Source of the DNA: a virus | Lineage: Duplodnaviria; Caudoviricetes | Direction: 5' to 3' (one strand) | Length of the DNA stretch: 27,854 nt | IMG/VR virus record: IMGVR_UViG_3300032287_001570 | Span: 1-27,854 of that record | Part shown: positions 10,477 to 18,104 of the stretch, in pieces | How positions within the stretch are numbered: position 1 is the stretch's first letter | Layout of the letters: every line of letters starts with the position of its first letter | Position numbers and translations under genes: made by a program | Notes under the pieces: generated by a model | The model's input: only the letters and a program-made list of their open reading frames with translations | Database searches by the model: none | Told to the model about the DNA's origin: nothing

Positions 10477-12201
10477 TTATTGACCTGCCATTTGTGCCAT
10501 CAAAGCAGCAATATCGGGAGGGGCTCCAGCAGGGCTACCAGAGGGAGCACTTGGAGGGGACGGTTGTGCTGCAACCTGCTGTGAAGGGATAGCCTCTGCT
10601 GGAGTAGGTTGTTGTAACTCTTCTGGAGTGAATGCTTCTTTTACTGCATCTTCAATAGATGTACCATTGCGACGCTTCTCGATTATGTCAGCAAACTTAC
10701 TTAGAAGAGTTGAAACATCTTGACCTGTTGCAATCATTTCAGGGATTGCACCAGCAGCAGCATTAACTGCACGGTTCAAATTATCACGCATCTTTTGAAT
10801 ATCAATGCGTTCTTGTTCTTTAGAAACATTCAATGACCATGGTAGTTCACTCATAACAAATTCACGTGAAACTAAATCTCCACCCATTGCTTGCAATGAG
10901 AAGATAAGGGCACGTGATGGGTCAAGACCTGCCATTAAACCGTAGCGAACTTCTACAGTGTAGTCACCTTTGATGTCTTTAGTTGGATTGTATTTGAGTT
11001 CATAAGGTGAACCATCATTGTATCCGCGAACGTTCTTATCAAATGGGAAAATCTTTTCATCAACACGTAAGCAAAGAGAAATAATATCTTCAAATGTTTG
11101 TGCAAGTACTTGTTGTCCTGCTTTGATTTGAGAATCAAATGCACCTAATAACGCCTGGACGCCTTGTCCAGTAATGATGCTGGCATCGATATTGCCTGTG
11201 CGACCTTCTGGATATCTGGCACCCAGACGCATTTCCTGTTGCAACACTGCTTGTTCAGTAAATGCTGCATTCGGTAACTCTAAACCGACTCTTCGGATTT
11301 GTTGAGGGTTTTGACTTCTCAACACTGCATCTGGACCGAATGCTAATTCTTGAACATCGTTAGGCAATGCCAACGGAGCCTGAACAGATTTCTCTGCTGC
11401 TTCTAAAGCAAGAAGGGAGAAACGTGCACGTGCGAGTTGTACCCAAACAACATCATCAAATTGTCCACGTGGTTCATCATCAATACTTGGACGTCTTGCT
11501 ACACGTACTAACATTTCACCTAAAGGATTAGGTGTTCTTTTTAAAACTAAATTCTGTCTTTGTGGAATATATAAAACAACTTGGTCGTCATCTTCGTAAC
11601 GAATCATTTCTAACAATGAATACATGTCAGTGTTTTCGCGACCTTGTGGTCCAACAATTTGTGATTCGTATTCTGGGAACTCTGCAACTAATTCAGCAAT
11701 AGTTTTAACATATCTACGTGAATAAGAAGTTATACGACCAAAGCGGTCAAACTCTGGATAAGCACCTAGAGGATTGTCGACACGGATGCGGGGCTGATTA
11801 TCTTTAACATCTAATTCTATTACGATTGGCAAAAAGCCATATGTAAGAAACCAATCAGCCCCTGTATACATCTGTGTCTGCAAGCGTGAAGATTGAACAT
11901 AAAAGTTCGCAATCATGCTGCGTTTCTCTGCCTGTGCTTTAGCACGGTCAGAAGTTGTATTAGCGGTTGTGCAATTAAAAGAAGGAAGAGGTGCTAGCAC
12001 TTCTGCTAAGTCACGTGCAGCAACATCAATGAAGTTAGCAATCATTGGTGCTGGCATTGATTCAGGGAAAAAGTCTGGGAATATGTTTGATATTTCTCCA
12101 CGACGAACAGATAAAACGTTAGACATACGAACGTCGCGGTCTGAACTGCGTCGTTTCAATGCCTCAACTTTATCGGCTATTTGTTGCACATCAAGTGCCA
12201 T
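10477..12201 (-). CDS. Portal protein
   Basis: 574 aa directly downstream of the terminase, with portal-like size and organisation (NFIDVAARDLAEV..PLPS; TGQGVQAL) and a Pro/Ala/Gln-rich C-terminal tail. Confidence 0.82.
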   Translation of the reverse strand: MALDVQQIADKVEALKRRSSDRDVRMSNVLSVRRGEISNIFPDFFPESMPAPMIANFIDVAARDLAEVLAPLPSFNCTTANTTSDRAKAQAEKRSMIANFYVQSSRLQTQMYTGADWFLTYGFLPIVIELDVKDNQPRIRVDNPLGAYPEFDRFGRITSYSRRYVKTIAELVAEFPEYESQIVGPQGRENTDMYSLLEMIRYEDDDQVVLYIPQRQNLVLKRTPNPLGEMLVRVARRPSIDDEPRGQFDDVVWVQLARARFSLLALEAAEKSVQAPLALPNDVQELAFGPDAVLRSQNPQQIRRVGLELPNAAFTEQAVLQQEMRLGARYPEGRTGNIDASIITGQGVQALLGAFDSQIKAGQQVLAQTFEDIISLCLRVDEKIFPFDKNVRGYNDGSPYELKYNPTKDIKGDYTVEVRYGLMAGLDPSRALIFSLQAMGGDLVSREFVMSELPWSLNVSKEQERIDIQKMRDNLNRAVNAAAGAIPEMIATGQDVSTLLSKFADIIEKRRNGTSIEDAVKEAFTPEELQQPTPAEAIPSQQVAAQPSPPSAPSGSPAGAPPDIAALMAQMAGQ

Positions 12202-12209
12202 TCAAACTC

Positions 12210-14084
12210 CTATAGGTATGCTTCAGAATATTGTGCTGCAGCAAGGTCATCTAGATTAATTGTTCCTCTATTACGTATACCAGCCCTTGTTGCATATTTG
12301 TTATACGTATGTGATTGAGCAAACCCAGATTGTTGGATTAACTCTTTAACTCTAATTTCACAAAACCATAAAGCCATCACACAATCAGTTGCCTGTGATT
12401 TCTTTACACCTGGAGACCAGGTAAGTAATTGATTTACTAAAGCCTTAACATGTTCATTTCCTTCAGCAGAAGGAAGTTCAATCATATTGTCTTCTTGGTG
12501 TTTACCATCACGTTCACTACCAAACAAGGCAGCCATAGATGCTACACCAAAGTCAACATCCCATTTATTTTTACCAGTAAAATGTGAACGGAACTGAATA
12601 CCCCTGTTCGTTAACCACTGGTTTAATTCTTCATCTAACGCATACGCTTTCTGGTGTGCGTTAATCTCAACACGCATTTCCTGTGGATGATACTTGTTAA
12701 CCCAATCTTCCATCAAAGCACGAACTTTTTGAGGGTTAGGGTCAACCATGTTATAAACATCCAACACATAACGCATATGTGTTCTACGGTCATAAGCCAA
12801 CATAACAGCAGCAGTCTTACCAGTCATAGCAGGGTCAATACCCATGATGGTGTAAAAGTCGCCATCTTTAGGATGCCCAGGAAGTTTATGATTAATAACA
12901 CCTGTGCGTCTCATACCATTAGTAGAAGCCTGCACACAAGAAGGTTTGAAGATAGAATCCTCTTGAATATCTTGCTGCTGGTAAACCAACGCCCAAGTAC
13001 TAGGAGTAACCTCACCACGCCTACGATACAGGGCTGGACCGTCCCACTTAGAATACAAACCATTCTCATCAGGTTCTTTCTTAGTACCTGACTTCTGGTC
13101 AGTCTTAGCCCACAAAGTAACCCAATCCTTTGGGTCCTCCGAAGTTTCTAAAACTGCTGGCATAGAAAAATAAGTGAAAGGAGATTTACCATTAGACCAA
13201 TGCTTAGGGTTACGAATCTCCCTATACAAATCTGTGGCAGCAAACCTAGTACCAACAATTAACAAAACACCCTCGTCGTCAAGACGAGTAACAACTTCTT
13301 TCTGAATCCACTCTAACTGTTTAGCCCACTCATGGGCGTTAGCCCCAGTCACACAGTCATCCAAAATAATCAAGTTAGCACGAGCACCATACACTTGACC
13401 ACCAATACCCAAAGCCTGAACAGTAGGGTCCTTCTCAGTAGAAGTACGAGAAAGGGTAATAGCGTTGGCTTTCCAAGAATCAGCATCCTCACGCCACCCA
13501 CCAGGAGGAGCATAGGTTGCCTGCAACTTAGCCCACATCGGATGCGTCAAACGTTGCTTAATAGAATACACAAACTCCTGAGCCTTAGTCAGGGTTTTGG
13601 AAATAACAATAATACGAGTATTGTCAGGGTCCTTACAAATCTTATAAGTAGAATAATTCACAGTAATAGTGGTTGACTTAGCATGCTCAGGTGGCACATT
13701 AATCAACAACCTTGTAGGGTCAGCAGGTTCATAAACCATGCTAGAATGAAGCCAAGAAGGCTCACGCCCCTCCAACACATCAACCCAATTTTGTTGGTGA
13801 GGGAAAATACGGCTGTTCAAAAATTTTTCAGAAAACTCAGAAAACTCAATCTGATACTTATCACCAGATAAATCTTTAGAAGACCCAGACTCCTTGGCTT
13901 CCTCAAGTTTGCGGGCAAACCCAGGGTCACGAGACATCCATTGGCGTAGGGTAACAGGTTGACGCCCCACAAGCCCAATAGCCTGCTGAACCCCAACACC
14001 CTCAGAAACATACTGAAGGACTAACTTCTTAGCCTCCACAGAATCCATGGCATTCTGGTGTTCCTTACCCTTCTGGAACCCCAT
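12210..14084 (-). CDS. terL: Terminase large subunit with N-terminal HTH extension
   Basis: Walker A-like PPEHAKST, GQVYGARANLIILDD (Walker B), coupling motif VGTR, LVYQQ, RNase H-like nuclease GIDPA and a late DCVMALW motif. Confidence 0.93.
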   Translation of the reverse strand: MGFQKGKEHQNAMDSVEAKKLVLQYVSEGVGVQQAIGLVGRQPVTLRQWMSRDPGFARKLEEAKESGSSKDLSGDKYQIEFSEFSEKFLNSRIFPHQQNWVDVLEGREPSWLHSSMVYEPADPTRLLINVPPEHAKSTTITVNYSTYKICKDPDNTRIIVISKTLTKAQEFVYSIKQRLTHPMWAKLQATYAPPGGWREDADSWKANAITLSRTSTEKDPTVQALGIGGQVYGARANLIILDDCVTGANAHEWAKQLEWIQKEVVTRLDDEGVLLIVGTRFAATDLYREIRNPKHWSNGKSPFTYFSMPAVLETSEDPKDWVTLWAKTDQKSGTKKEPDENGLYSKWDGPALYRRRGEVTPSTWALVYQQQDIQEDSIFKPSCVQASTNGMRRTGVINHKLPGHPKDGDFYTIMGIDPAMTGKTAAVMLAYDRRTHMRYVLDVYNMVDPNPQKVRALMEDWVNKYHPQEMRVEINAHQKAYALDEELNQWLTNRGIQFRSHFTGKNKWDVDFGVASMAALFGSERDGKHQEDNMIELPSAEGNEHVKALVNQLLTWSPGVKKSQATDCVMALWFCEIRVKELIQQSGFAQSHTYNKYATRAGIRNRGTINLDDLAAAQYSEAYL

Positions 14085-14119
14085 ACCTACACCTATCCGT
14101 AACTCTAGAATACTACACT

Positions 14120-14212
14120 CTGTAACAGTACAGAACAGTATATTTAAAGCCCTTAAAGGCTTTAAATATCTGTTTACAGTTACAGATGAGGGGATAATAT
14201 TTATCCCCTCAT
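14120..14212. repeat. Two adjacent palindromes/hairpins upstream of the terminase
   Basis: ATATTTAAAGCC (14140-14151) / GGCTTTAAATAT (14158-14169), extended by CTGTAAC/GTTACAG; ATGAGGGGATAA-TAT-TTATCCCCTCAT (14186-14212). Confidence 0.85.
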
Positions 14213-15054
14213 ATATATACTAATCCGTCCAAAATACAAAAGCGGACAACAATACACCAAATCGTTATAAAACAAACCAAAAAACAACAAAAACAGACTG
14301 TGCCACCGTAACAAAAAAATATAGTGGGTGATTCATATACAGAGTGTGGTCCAGATTAAACACTCTAGGGTCCGTTGCAGACTGCCTGCGACGTACCTGT
14401 GTCACATCTGACCACTCCTGTCTTGGACTTCAGTCTGCACTAACAGGACGCCAACCAGTTCTGATTGTTCTGTTACTGCACTGTACTTCTTTTAAACAAT
14501 CAAACTGGTACCGTTTCTGTTGTTCTGTTTGCTGAGTATCCCTACGACAGAGAGGTTGGTGGGCGTTTGCTCTGACAGTTTTTGTTGCACTGTTCAGACT
14601 CGCAAAACGTCCACCTTGGCGTCCTGTTGGGTCTTGCAATTCCAATGCCACACCCAACACTCGAAGCCGACCTTGGAACTTGGCAAGTTATCGTGTCATG
14701 GCAATCATGTCCACGGTTCATAACTTGCCATGCCTTTGGGCGTTTATACAAGTTCAAGGTTCTTTACTTCATTCAACACGCTCGTATGCAATTAAGAGCG
14801 TTTGCATTTCGTTTCCTTTCGAGAGCGAGGCTTCACGTCGAGATGGTGGCCAATCGCAACGCGTACCCCTCAAGGGGGCAACCGTTGTGTTGTGCGTGTG
14901 ATTTACACCACGCCTCTGTCTCGGCTGGTAAAGCATCAGCCGAGCCAAAGCGAGGCATGCTGTAAATCACACGCCCACCACACGCGGTTGGCGCTGCGTC
15001 ATGGCACCACTCGACAAGATGTGAAAGCCTCGCTCTCTTAGAAAGGAAACGAAA

Positions 15055-15411
15055 ATGCAAACAATTGCATATGAGCGTGTAGAAGTAAAGAACCTTGAGA
15101 GTATAAAACGCTCCAAGGATGGCGAAGTTATTGGAACTCGTGGACTTATGATTGTCCGTGACAACGATAACAAGTTCCAATGGTCTGGCTTCTTCGTTAG
15201 TTGGGGTGGCAATACTTTTGGAATTGCTAAAGACACCAACGAGGACGCTACAGGTGGTGATGTTTTGTTTGAGTCTGAATCAGATGCTAACAAAAACAGA
15301 GCCGTTCGCCCACACAACCATCTCTTTACCGTTAAGGGATACCACAGCAAACGATTGAACAACAAGAAATGGTATGACCAGTTTGTTGTTCAAGAAGTAA
15401 GTGCTATATAA
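15055..15411 (+). CDS. First early gene; putative divergent OB-fold (SSB/PriB-like) nucleic-acid-binding protein
   Basis: Strong SD GAAAGGAA. The beta-strand pattern KFQWSGFFVSWG / LFTVKGYHSKR / KKWYDQFVVQEV parallels SSB strands (compare TTYLDGSIWG / VIITGELKQR / KRTVYEIATDTI in the SSB at 23227). Fold call is by eye only. Confidence 0.55.
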   Translation: MQTIAYERVEVKNLESIKRSKDGEVIGTRGLMIVRDNDNKFQWSGFFVSWGGNTFGIAKDTNEDATGGDVLFESESDANKNRAVRPHNHLFTVKGYHSKRLNNKKWYDQFVVQEVSAI

Positions 15412-15426
15412 CAGAACTAATATCAG

Positions 15427-15456
15427 AACTGCTACTGGCGTCTGTCGGTAGCAGTT
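15427..15456 (+). promoter_or_regulatory. Intergenic hairpin (processing site or weak terminator)
   Basis: AACTGCTAC-TGGC-GTCT-GTCG-GTAGCAGTT stem-loop; no clear U-tract. Confidence 0.5.
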
Positions 15457-15484
15457 ACTGATGTTATTAAGAAAAGGAGAAAGT

Positions 15485-15700
15485 ATGTTAGTTAGTAAAG
15501 AAGAATACTGGAATATGGTTGACAGTAAAGACAACAATAAGTTTGATGCTTATTGTTGTATTTGTAGTGCACCTTGGTTTGTTACTAATTTGAGGGTAGT
15601 TTTTTGTGTGATTAGTAATGTACCTGAGTTTGTTTGTGATAATGGTTGTACTGATGATAATGATGAAAGGTTTATTGAGATTAGGAAGGAATTGTTATGA
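15485..15700 (+). CDS. Hypothetical Cys-rich protein
   Basis: SD AAGGAG before ATG 15485; CCIC...CDNGC. Confidence 0.65.
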   Translation: MLVSKEEYWNMVDSKDNNKFDAYCCICSAPWFVTNLRVVFCVISNVPEFVCDNGCTDDNDERFIEIRKELL

Positions 15701-15771
15701 AGTGGTTTGCTTGGATGATGTTATTTGTGGGGTTAGTTGTATTGGCTGATGAGATTAGTAGGTGGTACTGA
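15697..15771 (+). CDS. Putative 24-aa membrane micro-protein
   Basis: MKWFAWMMLFVGLVVLADEISRWY; ATGA and TGATG overlaps with its neighbours; AGGAAGGA upstream. Confidence 0.5.
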   Translation: MKWFAWMMLFVGLVVLADEISRWY

Positions 15772-15917
15772 TGTGGGTACAAGATGTGATTTGTACTGAC
15801 AACGATGAGTCCTTTATGTGTGATAGGTGTGGAATCCTACACCCATGGAGGATGTTGGACAACAACTACTGGATTCAAGGGTGGTTGTATGCGTGTAAAC
15901 AAGGAGGAAAGAAATGA
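15771..15917 (+). CDS. Hypothetical 48-aa Cys-containing protein
   Basis: MWVQDVICTDNDESFMCDRCGILHPW...; stop/start overlaps at both ends. Confidence 0.5.
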   Translation: MWVQDVICTDNDESFMCDRCGILHPWRMLDNNYWIQGWLYACKQGGKK

Positions 15918-16282
15918 GTAATAAAGGTGGTATTGCTATGGCTCAGTTGGATTATGAGGATAGCCAGTCCATGCATGAGATTGAGACTGACCTTGAAGAG
16001 GTCATCGCAACCAAGATAGAGGACAACAGTAAGTGGATGTATGACACATTCCTTATGCGTTGGGTGTGTATAGAGAAACAGTATGTAGAAACAAGAAGTC
16101 ATGATAGTCGTGTTCTTGCGTCAGATAAATACTATGCAGGTTACAGACTGGAAGACAGTCCAGAGTTTCTTGGTATGTCAGACGACTTGGATAGCCTTGA
16201 TGATGTGAAGAATTTAAGGCTATGTCCAAGTTGTCATTTGTATGTGTCCAAGAATCTTAAAGATTGTGACTATTGCAAGTAG
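15914..16282 (+). CDS. Hypothetical protein with C-terminal zinc ribbon
   Basis: SD AAGGAGG; C-terminal CPSC...CDYC. Confidence 0.7.
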   Translation: MSNKGGIAMAQLDYEDSQSMHEIETDLEEVIATKIEDNSKWMYDTFLMRWVCIEKQYVETRSHDSRVLASDKYYAGYRLEDSPEFLGMSDDLDSLDDVKNLRLCPSCHLYVSKNLKDCDYCK

Positions 16283-16293
16283 CAATGGTCATA

Positions 16294-16329
16294 GCAAGCC
16301 TTGCTACACACTGTGATAGCAAGGCTTGC
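16294..16329 (+). promoter_or_regulatory. Intergenic 13-bp hairpin
   Basis: GCAAGCCTTGCTA...TAGCAAGGCTTGC just upstream of an AAGGAG SD. Confidence 0.65.
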
Positions 16330-16346
16330 CTAACACAAAGGAGAAT

Positions 16347-16616
16347 ATGGTGAGTATAGATAAGGAATGGTTGTTGTTAAGTAGGATTCGCAGTAATGTT
16401 GAGACGATGTCTGAGATTATGGACGCGACTCCTATTTGGAATAATGATTTGGATACTGATTATGGTCCAAATGATATTGATGCATGTCTGGGAATTGCTG
16501 GACTACAACTAGTTCGTGTACTTAATCTTATTAATGCACGCATGGATGAAATTGCCATCATCAAGCAGGAGGAGTGGCGTGAGATTGGTGCAGCAGAAAT
16601 GGATGCAGCACGATGA
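16347..16616 (+). CDS. Hypothetical protein
   Basis: ATG 16347 after AAAGGAG; in frame with track ORF 16326..16616. Confidence 0.65.
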   Translation: MVSIDKEWLLLSRIRSNVETMSEIMDATPIWNNDLDTDYGPNDIDACLGIAGLQLVRVLNLINARMDEIAIIKQEEWREIGAAEMDAAR

Positions 16617-16852
16617 GTCACACTATCAATGTGCCTAAACCTTTTCCGTTTGATACACCAGAGAACCAGATGCAGGCAATGGTTAATTATCGTACGCATG
16701 CGTTTGCGTACAGCGATAATGAGGCTCGTTGTGTGGACTGTGATTGTCGCCCTACACATAAGGCTTCGTTCTATCCATGTGGTGAGGAACCACCAAGGAT
16801 ATTAAGAACCTTGGACGATGACGGCAAGATTGTTTCGGAGGTGGATGCATGA
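16613..16852 (+). CDS. Hypothetical Cys/His-rich protein
   Basis: ATGA overlap; H...CVDCDC...C motif. Confidence 0.65.
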   Translation: MSHTINVPKPFPFDTPENQMQAMVNYRTHAFAYSDNEARCVDCDCRPTHKASFYPCGEEPPRILRTLDDDGKIVSEVDA

Positions 16853-17052
16853 TGCAACATAAGTTCAAAGATGGTATTGATATGGGTGGTGGTGTGCGTG
16901 CTAACTACAAGTCCCAGTATTGGGACGGCACCAAGTACATTGCTACCTATGTGATTATGCAGTCACCTTTTAGTTGGCAAGTTGGTGATGAGTTCACAAT
17001 CAACAGTCCTGTCTACGATTATGTGGATGACATCAAGGATTGGAATGATTGA
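16849..17052 (+). CDS. Hypothetical protein
   Basis: GGAGGTGG SD; ATGA overlap. Confidence 0.6.
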   Translation: MMQHKFKDGIDMGGGVRANYKSQYWDGTKYIATYVIMQSPFSWQVGDEFTINSPVYDYVDDIKDWND

Positions 17053-17174
17053 TGAAGACTGCATACTGTACAAGATGTAATGCTGAAACTGTTTCAGATG
17101 GACATCAAGAAGTAGTGCTGTGCTACGACTGTGGCATGGCTGAGATTACATGGTGGGAGGACCATAATGGATAG
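17052..17174 (+). CDS. Hypothetical 40-aa zinc-finger micro-protein
   Basis: MKTAYCTRCNAETVSDGHQEVVLCYDCGMAEITWWEDHNG; TGATG overlap; CxxC...CxxC. Confidence 0.55.
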   Translation: MKTAYCTRCNAETVSDGHQEVVLCYDCGMAEITWWEDHNG

Positions 17175-17391
17175 TACATTTATAGAACTAAAAGTTGATT
17201 ACACTGCAATTGCTTCACATTTTTTCTGCAATGTAGTTGATAACATTAGAACAAGGGACAACGATTATAGGTGGGGTAAGGAAGACGCATGCGAGTTGTT
17301 GTTGTCAGCATCGGATGTGTTCCGTACTTTATCTGATGATGAATGGATTGTTGTTAAACATAAACTACAAGAAAGGTATAGAGGAAAATGA
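17167..17391 (+). CDS. Hypothetical protein
   Basis: ATG 17167 after GGGAGG; in frame with track ORF 17131..17391. Confidence 0.6.
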   Translation: MDSTFIELKVDYTAIASHFFCNVVDNIRTRDNDYRWGKEDACELLLSASDVFRTLSDDEWIVVKHKLQERYRGK

Positions 17392-17675
17392 TAGTTGATA
17401 CAGAAACTACACGCAATGGGCATCCTGTTAGCCGTGCCACTTTACAAGGTCGTGCTGCTAATCGTGCTTTGCGTGAACTTAGACGTAGATATTACTCTGA
17501 ATATTATGAACTTTATAATGCAGAGTTAGATAAGTTAGGCATTAAACGTATGCCTCATAACGATAGGATAAATACTATTAAACATTTAGTAGATTTATCT
17601 AATCAAGTTGACAAGTTGAAGGCTTTACTTGCGGCTAACAACATTGAAGTTATCGAGTTCGAGGAAGATAGATGA
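17388..17675 (+). CDS. Hypothetical basic/helical protein
   Basis: GAGG SD, ATGA overlap; RAANRALRELRRRY..EY.ELY..EL helix and a C-terminal coiled coil. Confidence 0.65.
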   Translation: MIVDTETTRNGHPVSRATLQGRAANRALRELRRRYYSEYYELYNAELDKLGIKRMPHNDRINTIKHLVDLSNQVDKLKALLAANNIEVIEFEEDR

Positions 17676-17764
17676 TGTATTGGGGTGACTGGTTGGCAAT
17701 AGGAATATTGTTTACTGTTAGTTCTTTCCTACTTGGTATGTTGTATCAAAGTAGAAAACCATGA
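17672..17764 (+). CDS. Putative 30-aa membrane micro-protein
   Basis: MMYWGDWLAIGILFTVSSFLLGMLYQSRKP; ATGA overlaps at both ends. Confidence 0.5.
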   Translation: MMYWGDWLAIGILFTVSSFLLGMLYQSRKP

Positions 17765-17850
17765 CAGATAAATGTAATTGTCATCATTGGGTATGTGGTT
17801 GTAATTTTACAGTTGGTCATGATGATAATTGTAAGGACAACAATGAGTAG
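17761..17850 (+). CDS. Putative 29-aa Cys/His-rich micro-protein
   Basis: MTDKCNCHHWVCGCNFTVGHDDNCKDNNE; coupled by overlap. Confidence 0.4.
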   Translation: MTDKCNCHHWVCGCNFTVGHDDNCKDNNE

Positions 17851-18001
17851 GCTTGCTGTTGACATTGATACTGCACGTAAAAATCTAAACAGCCATGATT
17901 GGGTGGCTGTTGATATGCATGATTCTTTGTGTAAGAAATGCAATGGTTCTATTCTTAATGTGACTTTGGTATTTAACTGCGACGAGTTAAGTAATGACTG
18001 A
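17843..18001 (+). CDS. Hypothetical small protein
   Basis: ATG 17843 after AAGGA; HDW...CKKC...C. Confidence 0.5.
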   Translation: MSRLAVDIDTARKNLNSHDWVAVDMHDSLCKKCNGSILNVTLVFNCDELSND

Positions 18002-18077
18002 GACTTGGCGTAGTTGGTACGGTTATAAAGAGGATGATGAGTTTCTAGATAGCGATGTCCCTGACATTGACAAGTGA
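17994..18077 (+). CDS. Putative 27-aa acidic micro-protein
   Basis: MTETWRSWYGYKEDDEFLDSDVPDIDK; overlaps the upstream stop. Confidence 0.35.
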   Translation: MTETWRSWYGYKEDDEFLDSDVPDIDK

Positions 18078-18104
18078 GCAGGAGTCTCTAAGTTATCTAG
18101 ATTA

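Larger units (their letters stand above)
14415..15480. repeat. ~1.07-kb imperfect inverted repeat (bulged rod), apex ~14932; the left arm is an antisense copy of gene 15055-15411 and its flanks
   Basis: Colinear complementary blocks: 14920-14929/14935-14944; 14894-14907/14961-14974 (14 bp perfect); 14801-14836/15021-15061 (RBS and ATG); 14776-14793/15063-15080 (18 bp, one G-T); 14754-14770/15082-15098 (17 bp perfect). Short blocks continue to about 14415/15480. Confidence 0.95.

Noticed and set aside
43-13871. Short + strand ORFs opposite the structural genes
   Set aside because: Antisense shadows of long minus-strand genes, without SDs or motifs.
14415-14836. Simple pseudogene or MDA fold-back chimera explanation for the left arm
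   Set aside because: A chimera would be a near-perfect copy. Dense, regularly spaced short indels with few substitutions also fit neutral decay poorly. Not formally excluded without related genomes.
14344-15365. Many overlapping 60-130 aa ORFs on both strands in the hub (e.g. 14582..14965 +, 14833..15180 -)
   Set aside because: No SDs and atypical composition. The shared peptides (KVLYF, FRFLS.RARL) arise only because the region is an inverted repeat.
14100-15800. Integrated Obelisk/viroid-like element or hammerhead ribozyme
   Set aside because: No hammerhead core (CTGANGA...GAAA with flanking stems) found by eye, the ORF shows no Oblin feature I can recognise, and there is no reverse transcriptase in the window. 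The resemblance is structural only.
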